A stretch of DNA of 64,000 nt, taken from NCBI GenBank assembly GCA_951406725.2, contig OX597819.1:26164001-26228000 (forward strand). Direction: 5' to 3'. The position numbers and the translations under genes are program-made. The notes under the pieces are model-generated. The model worked only from the letters and a program-made list of their open reading frames with translations, had not been told where the DNA came from and made no database searches. The stretch comes from Octopus vulgaris. Taxonomy: Eukaryota. The stretch's first letter is position 1, and each line of letters opens with the position of its first letter. This document shows, piece by piece, positions 38,865-50,239 of this stretch.

Positions 38865-39795
38865 ACATCCAGTCATCAGAGTTTTCAGGTATGTGTCTAG
38901 GCCAATTGTGGCAAACTTCATTGTTAATTCCGGTTGTAAAAGTCCACGACCTCCCTCTTTTCTTGGCAGGTAAAGTCGTTCTATATCTGCCTTAGGGTTG
39001 TGCATTCTATGTATTGTCAACAATTTTCGTATTTTTCGGTCAAGATTACATAGCTTCAGTAATAGACCCGTTAATGATATTGAAACTGTAAATCAGGACT
39101 GGTATGGCTAAAGTTTTGATCACTTCTATCCTGTTTCTTGCATTCAGTTCTGTCTTGAGTATTGCTCTCACCCTGCGATAACATTCTCTTCTGATCCTTT
39201 TCCTCATCACTGAATATTTGATTCTGTTCCCTTTAAATACCCTTAGGTATTTGTAGCGCTCCACTGGTTCTAATTCCTTTATGACATTCTGCTAGTCAAG
39301 ATTAACGTTGGATATTTCTTTGATAAAGGTAGATTTTGCACATTTATCGAGGCCAAATTGCATCCTGATCTCATCCCTGAATTGTTTAACAATCGCTAGC
39401 TAGCCCTGTAGTTGGTGGTCATTTTTTGCAAAAAGCTTTAAATCATCCCTGTAAATAAGATGATTTATATTTTTATCAAACATTTTATACCCGTATTGTA
39501 CATCATCGAGCAATTTCGAGAGAGGTATTAAGGCTAGAGAAAAGAGGATATTCTTACATCTCCAACATTAAGAGATTCAATGTCACTGTTCAAAGTCAGT
39601 GTGTTTCTCCATGATCTCAAACTTACAGACAAGAAGATTCGCAGAGTATGTGCTATTTTATACATTTCTAGATTTTTATTAATCCAGCAATGTGGTAGAC
39701 TCTCAAAAGCTTTTTTATAGTCTATCCAGGCTACTGACAAGTTTTTTGTGTCTTTTTTGACAATCTTCCAGAATCATCGTATTGATGACTAGCTT
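38865..39795 (-). pseudogene. Dong/R4-type non-LTR reverse transcriptase remnant
   Basis: LSVAWIDYKKAFESLPH, INHLIYRDDLKLFAK, YKYL, YRRVRAILKTELNARNRIEVIKTLAIPVLIYSF and RLYLPRKEGGRGL. Flanked by TAA/TTA repeats. Confidence 0.9.
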
Positions 39796-39873
39796 ATCAT
39801 TATTATGACTATTATTATTATTTGTAGTAGTAGTAGTAGTAGTAGTAGTGGTACTAGTATCATCATCAGCAGC

Positions 39874-39913
<40 letters not shown>

Positions 39914-40442
39914 AAATGTACAGCCGCATCATTAGAAGGGATATCGACAATATTATCTACTGATCATCGATGTCTTTCGTCAAATGGCTTTGATGTATTA
40001 TTCATTTTCGTAGATTGCTCATAAAGATATCAAAATATAGATGTGCTATCATTTCCTAAATTAATTATGAAAATATTCCCATTGGAGATCAGCAGATCCA
40101 ATGTAAAGCTTTTCATGATAGCTTTTTTTCTCTCTCTCTCTCTCCCGTTCTTCCCTGATTCTCATTTAGCTTCTGCAAAAATGCCTACGGTATTTTGACC
40201 ATGAAGCAAATTATACATATTCTTTGAAGTAGGAAATCCATCCTCGGGATAGATTCATTAATAATATAGTTGTATTTTAAATTGTTCATCTATTTATATA
40301 TCTTTAACAAAGCTTGTACACGTTCAGACACGCTCATGCTTTACGTTTAGATTATATATGAATCTTATGTGCTTATTTCTAGCAAGACATTTCAAAATTT
40401 GATATTAATTTGCTGATATGTGTGTGTTTGTGGGTGTAGGTG

Positions 40443-40476
<34 letters not shown>

Positions 40477-42007
40477 TATATATACACATATATATATACA
40501 TATATATACACACACACATATATATACATATATATATATACGCACACACACATATATATATACACACACATATATATATACACACATACATATATATATA
40601 TATACACACATATATACACATATGTATATATATATACACATATATATATATATACATACATATATACACATATATATATATACACACATATATATATACA
40701 TACATATATACACATATATATATACACACACATATATATATACACATATATATATATATCAAATGATAGAAAAATTGTAAATGACTTCATGTCTTTATAA
40801 CTATTACTCGTAGCGATCTAGCGTTTGCTGTTGCTATAGTGTATGAAATTTAAGGCTGAACTTCTGAAGGAAAACGCTAATAGAGTTTGCTATGTGACAT
40901 TTTCAAAGTTCATTCCACAGTATTTTCTCGTGTCTGCTTCTTTCCATATTTTTAATATTGCGAATAGCCTTAATTAAAGCAGACAAATGGAAGGAAAAAA
41001 ATTATTCTTAAGCATAGTTACAATAATACCGTTCATTATAATACAGTTAAGATTACTTTTCAGATCTTTCTAATTTTCTTTCATAAAATTTTTGTTTACA
41101 ATACTTAACCGTGACAGCATTATTACTTGAAATGTAGCCGCAGGTCATGGATCTTGTAAAAATCATATTCCATTTGTACCGAGTTTGTGTGATTTTATAT
41201 CACGCGATGGAAAAAAAAGCAAATTGTCATATGATATATTTTTACTCAGGGGAAGGAAAATATATCCTAAACTAGATCGAAGAAAAGTGAATACACTACA
41301 TGATTGATGCTTAGTGATGGAAAACTACACAAATATCACTTTTATAACATGCATACATCAAATATTTATTATAATAACTGACGTATAAATTGCCAAACTC
41401 AAACAGCTGAGTCACACACATTTATGAAACATATATGTTGATCTATAACCCATTGATTGAATAGAAGAGGATCAAATGAAGAAGCAACCAGAAGTTACAT
41501 AAAAAAAAGGTACGGTAGAGTTTTCAGAAATTCCGATGCAATAAGAATTTCTTTTAAAGAAATGAAATAAATATGCCCGCATATATTATTTATTTTACAC
41601 AGATAATACATCTAATTATAGCTTTTTCAACATTGACCTTCGTCGGAATATTATGTAGGGAGAATAGGATAGGTGAGGAAATGTAGACCTGAACAATAAA
41701 GAAGAATTGAAGAGAAAATGCCCACGATAAGCATACTTACTTGCATGTATGTATGTTTGTATGTATGCATATATGTATGCATGCATGCAGGCATATATGT
41801 ATTTATGTATATACATACATATAAATTGAGGGAGAGAGATTTGTTCACATAAATGTATACATATGTATGTCTATATATACGTATATATGTATATGTATAT
41901 ATATATGTATATGTATATATATGTATATGTATATGTATATGTATATATATATATGTATATATATATATGTATATATATATGTATATATATATATATATGT
42001 ATATATC

Positions 42008-42038
<31 letters not shown>

Positions 42039-42240
42039 GTATATGTATATATATGTATATGTATGTATATGTATATGTATGTGTATATGTATGTATATAT
42101 ATGTATAGGTATATTTATGTATATGTATATATATATGTATATGTATATATATATATATGAATATATATGTGCAGCGTGGAAGGTGTTTGTAAGCCATTTA
42201 AGAAACACACAAAAGCCGTTCGATTCACTTCAACATTTAA

Positions 42241-42291
42241 TTTGTCAAAATATTTTCGTCGCTATAAGACCGCAACCTGTTCACTGACAAA
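42241..42291 (-). ncRNA. Minimal hammerhead motif, G3:C8 core variant
   Basis: Reverse strand reads TTTGTCA-GTGAACA-G-GTTGC-GGTCTTATA-GCGAC-GAAA-ATAT-TT-TGACAAA, with a 7-bp stem I and 5-bp stem II. Confidence 0.72.
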
Positions 42292-43814
42292 AATCCGTGA
42301 TGCAGCACAGGTTGTTCATTATCCTTAAACAACCATTCTTCAGAGACATTTTGAGGAATGTGAAGAAAACTTTAATTGGGCCCTGCCTGCAAGCTTATGC
42401 ACTGTTAACCTTCATATAAGGTCATCATGTCGTACACATATCGTTGTGAAGCATGTGACTAGAGTACCTTTATCAGAGGTGTAGTCGTGATGGGTAGATT
42501 GGGCTTCGTATATGCGTACTCCATTGTCACTTTGATGGCGTGTGCACTCTATTTTTGGCACAGGGCCTGTACTGTCGGGGAAGAGGGAAAGGTCGATTAC
42601 ATCGACTCCAGTGATCAAGTGATACTTATTTTATCAACTCCTTAAGGACGAAATGCCATTAATCATTTTGCCCGGCGTGCTAGCAATTCGGCTAATTTGC
42701 CGTTTTTGATATATCTAATATTACTCGTTTGTATTACTTAAATCTATTGTATCATTGAAATTATGTATTTGGACATATCGGCATTTTCGGATGCTGTTGT
42801 AGTTACTAGTGCCTTTTATTTTATGTCAAGATATATTACACAAAACAAAATTTAGTTAATATCGGCCACATCCACGTAGAATCTTACAAATGACACGGTT
42901 ATAAAAATGTGTTCATAGTCACGGGCATTACTGAGTCGATATGTAGTCAATATTTCTTCTTGAAATAGCAGTCAAAGCTCTCTCAAGTCTGATTGCATTA
43001 CCGCTAAAACAAAGCAGTGCATAATTTATCCTGCAGTTGACTACGACTGAAAAAGTCAGAATACTCATGGACAGAATACATCTGATCGTAAGTCAGCTCG
43101 TCCATAGTTAATAAAGAGTCAATCAGGAATAGTTATACAGTAACCGGATTAACCATAAGATGTTTAACGCTGTTGTACGCACAACATTTTTCAAACCAAG
43201 ACTAAATTCGTGAGGAAGGAAACTTCTCTAGTTTTCAGTTATCATTGTTAGACCAAAGTTTTCAACTGGCATGGAAATTTTTGCCAACGGACATAGAATT
43301 TGGCTTGGATTCTAATAGCATTTAGCAGCTAGTGTCCAACAATTTATTTAATGTTCAACTTAGCATTGAAATAGGCACCAACACCAGGTGGTTATCTTTC
43401 GCAATCAATAGAGAATGTACAATAGTAATATACGCGTTGTAAATAGCTAATGGGTAACAAAAGCAATGGAAGCATAATGCAGAAATATTATGGAACGCTT
43501 CGAATCATCTTCGTATAGAACATGGTCCGTTTATTCGCAGTTAAGTATGTGGCTGCAGCTGAAATTCATTGCATTCAACAAGTTGTCACTGGTGTTCACA
43601 TTTTTATCTAGATCAATGTCTCTTAATGTTCTTTATTAATATACGATTTCACTAGACAATCGAAAACTTGGTACAAGAGTATACTTTTGTTTTGTTTTTT
43701 TTCTTTTTTGCTTTGTTTTAAAATAACGATCACCACGTGGAATAAAAAAATTAAGGAATAAAAAAAGTAACGGTTGAATATAAGACGAAGTCAGTGATTA
43801 TCTCAACGCGGTTC

Positions 43815-43854
<40 letters not shown>

Positions 43855-43856
43855 CT

Positions 43857-44039
43857 TAACTTGTTTCAGTCATTTGGAAGAAATCGACCCCAGGACTTTT
43901 TCTTTTAAGCCTAGTTCTTATGATATCAGTCTCTTATGCTGAACCACTATGTTATGGGGACATAACTCACCAAAATCGGTGGTCAAGCAATGGTGGTAAC
44001 ACAAACACAAGCACAAAGACACACACAGATAAATACCCC

Positions 44040-44070
<31 letters not shown>

Positions 44071-44153
44071 CGACGATATATATAGAGAGAGTGAGACTGA
44101 ACCCTGTACCATGCAGTTGGGAAGTAAGCTTCTTACCACACAGGCACGCCTGC
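43857..44153 (-). mobile_element. tRNA-SINE (third family) with deletions
   Basis: Reverse strand head GCAGGCGTGCCTGTGTGGTAAGAAGCTTACTTCCCAAC and tail AAATGACTGAAACAAG. Confidence 0.8.
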
Positions 44154-44264
44154 ATATATATTCGGTCCCAATGAAAAAAGAAGCCTTATACTCACTAGAA
44201 TTATTCCTTTCATATTTGTACTAATAACCTTAATTATTTCCACACAAACAGGTATGTATCAATC

Positions 44265-44325
<61 letters not shown>

Positions 44326-44792
44326 GTTATTTGAAATTTATGGACTTTCATTTGAGTTGCAGTCTCAGAGAAGTAAAAACCAAACGTTTTGCTGTCGTTG
44401 ATGTACAGTGATAAAACTTCCATAATAATTCGTTGACGAATTGTAATGAGATCGACATATAATCAGATAAAGATAAGATTTTTTTTTTCTGCGTGATGTG
44501 TTGTTTGGATCATCATCGATGGGTTGTGTGATCTTTTCTCAGCCAGGAGGCATTTTGTGTCCGTTTGTAATGTATTTCATATCATATTGCTTCATATTGA
44601 TTCATATCCCTTTGTTAAAACTTATTTCAAGCTATATTTGGAAAGAGTTGGTCATGCCAGTAAAGCTTCGACCTAAAGAGACTGTAGATGTAAAATAGAT
44701 TTTTGCGTATCATCAACTGATTGTTAAATAATTTGAACTAGCTTGCCCCGTCCTGTCAAAAATGACGGCCAATTGTAGCATTTTATATAAAA

Positions 44793-45219
44793 ACTAGCAG
44801 TATCGCCCGGCGTTGCTCGGGTTTGTAAGGGAAATAACTATATATATATATATGTAAGGGAAATAACTATATAAGCATTTTTAGAGATGTAAAGTATAAT
44901 AGCCATCTCAATATGGCTAACAACAAAGGGGGGGGGTGTTACTGTTGCTTTTTGCGTTCTGAGATTTAATAATAAATTTTTAGAGAGTTACTTCCCTTAT
45001 ATATGCCAAAAATGCATTAAAAATGGGAAAAATTGATGGTAAATTTTTTTTAAATCGTAGACTCATCGTAGATGCGCGCTAGTACCCAGAAGGGCTAGAT
45101 ATGAATCACGACTATAAGATACCCGGTTTTGGTTAAACTGCACCGCAAAATGTGGAAGTAGTTAGGAATCTAAATCGTAGGAGACAGACAGCACACAACC
45201 TTACTTTTATATATAAAGA
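44793..45219 (-). mobile_element. Non-autonomous Helitron
   Basis: Reverse strand starts TCTTTATATATAAAAG and ends with the hairpin CCGAGCAACGCCGGG then CTAG, inserted between A and T. Confidence 0.85.
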
Positions 45220-46111
45220 TATAGATGATAAATCAAACTAATGCACTCGTCAATGATCACATACGTTCACATACTTCCTTTCTACATGCAGACACATACA
45301 GACATCAGAGTTCAAACACTGTTTGATTTTTCTTTTCAGCCTTAAATGTTCACCATCCCACCAGTTTACCATCATCTCTTCCTTCCTTATTCATTTAACA
45401 CCCCTTCCTTTCTCATTCATATGTTGCGACGGAGAAAAACACAAGAGTATAATTATAGTCCGATTATGTCTTTTGCACCTTTGTTTCGTTTAGTTAATAA
45501 TTGTCCTACATAGTTTACTTCTCTTCGTTAGGGTTATATAGTTGTCTAATTAAAGTATCCGTACGGCCACATTAACTTTGCCAGAGTGTATTGCATTATA
45601 CATTAGATAAAATGACTCATAACATTTGGATAGCCAAAGGATGGGCATTGCTGACATTTAGCATACATGATATTCCATATTAGTAAGTTGACCTTCTATT
45701 GCTCTGACATGTTTCTGTAATTCGCCTCCTGTGTATTTTCGAGTCCCATGTGGCATAAACTAGATTGATTTAATATTTTTAAAAAATGTTTCCCTGCTAG
45801 GAGACAAACACCGAATCTATTCACCCGAAATGTAATGTTGTTTTTGCATTATTTGCCAGCTGAAATGTTATAGTGTTATACATTTATTCATGTATACACA
45901 CACACATGTATACATAAAATAAATATATATATATACACATACACATATATATGCATGTATATACATATATACATAAATATATATATATATATGTATATAT
46001 CTTTATATATACATATATATATATATGTATATATATATATACATATATATATATGTATATATATATATACATATATATATATGTATATATATATATACAT
46101 ATATATATATG

Positions 46112-46142
<31 letters not shown>

Positions 46143-46212
46143 GAATATATATATATACATATATATATAAGAATATATCTCTATATATACATATATATAT
46201 ACACACACACAC

Positions 46213-46288
<76 letters not shown>

Positions 46289-48389
46289 GCCCACACACTC
46301 ACACACCCACATATATATACTGGTATATATCTATATTCGTGAGGGTGTAGATGTATGTATATGTATGTACTATATGCGCTTCTACTGGTTGTGTCTGAGA
46401 AAGTGGTAATCTTTGGGTTGTAAGGTATTGTATTTTCAGTATAACATTTATATGGCGGAATTTTTGAGATAAGTGCAGAAATTTGTTTGACTTTTTTCTA
46501 ACCTTTGCAACCAATAACGTCTACTGACTTCTATTAACATTACACGTGAGCCTTACTGATCAAAAATTCATGATTTCTTTTAAATGAAATTGAATCCGAC
46601 AGATGTCTTGTCAATTATGCACAGCTCTGTTACTTAAAAAATATCATTACGTTAGCACCGTTTCATATGGCCTATTGCACTGAATGGTTAAACAGTCATT
46701 TTTTTTTAACATATAAAGACGCATTAGTGCCCTTGGCTTCGGATATTCGACGTTTTGATTACTAGGCTGATAACATATCCATATCGACAAAATGTAGCAC
46801 TAGTAATGTTTTGTAAAATATTTTTTTAATCCTAACAATGACGATACTAGCTTACATTCCCTATTTATGCGAGCTTAGATTCCCTTATTTTAATAAGGAG
46901 GGAAGCCACGGCCCCCGACCCTTTATAGCCCCGAATAAATACAGCTAGATAATCCAAGCAAACGTCCATACATCCCACCAATATACTACCCTATGTTGTT
47001 ACTTTTCAATATTCCCCAGGAAAATGAGAAGCGAAGTTAACTTCATTGAGATTTGAATCAAAGAACAGCGAGCTGCAAAAATTACCAGGAAGCATTCTCC
47101 AGGGCACACCAACGTCTTCGCTAATTCACCGACAAGATGATAACTTTATAAAGAAGACAAATCTAAAACTCTGTGACTGTGCATACTGCTAGCATTAATA
47201 TTTAGCCCTAGGCTGACGCAGATTGAGCAGATCTAAAAAGAAAATCAGATCCAGCTGTGACTATATTATTAAATAGCAGCATCTAAGTAGCATATCTAGG
47301 ACGTCATGCAAAAAAAAATTTAAATTATTGGATAAATTAGTTGACTTTGAAGAATATGTAATCAGATAATTATTTCGTCACCAAACCTACATGCATTCTA
47401 ACTTATTCTGTAATTAGATACCATCTTATCGTTTGCACGTCCCCAAGAAAGGCTAATAAGAGCGACTCACATACGTCGTTCTTACAGTAATTACAAATGA
47501 TCATATTTACTCAGCCATCCCCTATCTGCTTACTTGGACTTAATCTTTGGCTAGTTAAACTTTTTGGAACTATCTTCCTTTACCATTTTATAGCTTAAGA
47601 GGACCCGCTCTACGCGCGGGTGAGGGTGTGGTTGTTGCTTTCTGTTGCTTCCTTTAAGTTTCTTATCGCCATATTCTCCCACTTTGTTTCTCTCTCCTTT
47701 CTCTCTCACTTTCCCACTCACTCTTTCTTTCTCTTGGACTTTCCCTTGCTTTCTCTTACTCTCTATCTTTCTCTATCTATCTTCCATTTATAAAAATCAA
47801 AAGATCTTGAGTAAGTTGAGAAAGAAATATTTTGAAAGATCAATCATAAATATCAGGCAGTGACAACGGAAAAGTCTGCTTCAAGGCAGACAGCAAAACA
47901 CTAACATTTAAAAGGGGCAGACGAACTTGCGAGCTGAATAGAAATAGAAAAAATATTGGAAACCAAAGTTTGAAGGGATAGAACCTCAGGATAGTAGACT
48001 CACCATGGCTGGCATTCAACACTTCTTAATGACGGACAGCAATGTACTGGCAGTTTAACGACTGGCGCAAAATCTTGAACTTGATGTAAAAGAAAATTCC
48101 TAAACACCAGGTTTTGAAGTGATTCTTTCTCACGACAGTAGACTCACCATGGCAGGCATTCAAAACTTCTTCATGACGGACGGCAACACATTGATCAGGC
48201 AAAAGGTGTCCAATCTAGACCCCCAAGCGTCCCCACAAATCAATAAAATCCCAGTTTTCACACCAAAGCAACTACTGCAGCGCCCCAAAACGTCTCCCAA
48301 TTAATTTCTCACCTCAAGTTACCATCTCCTGTAAATTTTAATCCCCTTCCAGCCACATGTAGACCCATTTTTACATAAAAATCTAATTT

Positions 48390-49480
48390 ATATCAACGTT
48401 CGGTTTCTTCATTTTATAGATTAGATTTATATTAGTGCAGATCTATATTTAAGAACAAGTAAAAAAAAAAAACGCACTAGAATACCAATAAGAAACTTGG
48501 TGGAAATGTTGACCTTCTGTGTAGAAACTACCTACTTCAGTATGAACACTGATATATATCGACATATAATGGGTTCACCATTATCACCGATAATAGCCAA
48601 TATATATATACATGGAATACTTTGAGAATTTGGCTTTAGGATCAAAAACTTCTAAAACCAACCCTATAGCTGCGATATGCTGAGGACACCTTCATACTCT
48701 GTCTCCCACAGGAAGATGTCCAAGTGCTGTTAGATCATGTGAACTTCATAAAGCCATCCGTACTGTTCACAATAGAAAAAGAAAAAGACTATCAGCTAGG
48801 ATTCCTGGACGTATTAATAACACGCACCAAGTATGGATTCAGGACATCCGTATACCGAAAGCCAACCTTCACCAGACGATACCTCAATTTAAACTCCCAC
48901 CATCGATAAAGAGAAGGATTGGTCAGTGCCTAAAACATCGTTCAATGAATATGAGAAGCGATCGTGATATCCACCACGAAGAAATGATCAAGATCCGTAA
49001 CAATCTATTAAGCAACAACTACTCCAAAAGCATACTCTCCACTCCAATTATGAAGAAAAGGCCTCTATGTGAAAGGCCTCTCCTGAAAAGATATGAATGA
49101 TATGCGACCCATATGACATCAGGGTAATATTAAAAAGTAATACAACACTTCGCAAATATCTCCGAGTAAAACCACCAATAGAAGAGAATATGACTAAGAA
49201 CTGCGTGTACTCCATCCCGTGCAGCTCTTGCAGGTTATACAAAGGCGAAACATGCCACCCTCTCAAAATAAGGGTAGAGGAACACTGCAAAGCTGTAACA
49301 CGAGGCGATATTGATAAATCAGGTATACCTGATCATGTATGGAAAAATGGAAACCTCCCCTGTGAGATGAAGTTTAGATAATAGACAGAGAACACCACGG
49401 GAAAATACGAAAACTAAAAGAAGCAGCACATATGTTAGGACACAACAACCTCCTAAGCAGACCGAGTGCAGATATGAAGG
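48390..49480 (+). pseudogene. Penelope-like RT plus GIY-YIG endonuclease, disrupted
   Basis: MGSPLSPIIANIY, LRYAEDTF (YxDD site), FTIEKEKDYQLGFLDVLI, SVYRKPT..YLNLNSHH and VYSIPCSSCRLYKGET..LKIRVEEH. Confidence 0.92.
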
Positions 49481-49526
49481 AAGGATAGGAGAATATTATA
49501 TTTATAAGCCCCAAAATTCACTCCCT

Positions 49527-49748
49527 GGGCGTATGGCTTAGTGGGTAAGAGCGCGGGCTACTAACCCCAAGATTCCGATTTCGATTCCAGACCGTGACCT
49601 GAATAATATTAATATTAATAATAATAATAATAATAATATTAATAATAATAATAATAATAACATCGAAAAAATACCTTATCAGCAGAAACGTTGTGTTAAC
49701 AACAAACTAGATGAGGACAAATATCTGTGAATTGTAAATAATGTAATT
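49527..49748 (+). mobile_element. tRNA-headed element copy C, with the 5' half of the hammerhead deleted
   Basis: A box TGGCTTAGTGG, B box-like GATTTCGATTCC, (AAT)n, then ATACCTT joined to ATCAGCAGAAACGTTGTGTTAAC. Same tail as 18835-19071. Confidence 0.85.
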
Positions 49749-49876
49749 TATATTAGTGTTTATAACTGTCAATCTCCTTACGGTTATAATTCCAGTTGAT
49801 TACAATTGTTCACCACAAAAATTCTGGTAAACTATACATTGATAGTTAATGACTGACTAATTTCTTTCTATAAGTG

Positions 49877-50239
49877 GGGGCAAATGCGGTTTCGCACCTC
49901 TCTTTGAAAAATGCATTTTTTGACATTTTTTTTCCTCGGATTCCTACGTTTTGGACGTCGCAGATTACGAATATGCAAAAAAGATTGTTTTAATTTCACC
50001 TGGAATCTCCGGAATATCCGCCATCTAAAAGCATAGGGAGAAAAATTTCGAAAAGTTGAAAATTTTTTAACGAGAGGTGGGAGTGGTGGTGGTGGTGGTG
50101 GTTGTGGTGGTGGGTGTCGGATGGGGTATTTTTTTTTTGCATATTCGTAATCGCCGACATCTAAAACGCAGGAATCTGAAAAGAAACTCTTCAAAAAAGA
50201 TGCATTTTTGAAAGAGAGGTGCGAAACTGCATTAGCCCC
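49877..50239. mobile_element. MITE with long terminal inverted repeats
   Basis: GGGGCAAATGCGGTTTCGCACCTCTCTTT pairs with AAAGAGAGGTGCGAAACTGCATTAGCCCC. Subterminal GATTACGAATATGCAAAAAA is also inverted. Confidence 0.85.

Noticed and set aside
38623-38865. Poly-Leu/Phe membrane protein ORF
   Set aside because: Translation of a (CTT)n microsatellite.
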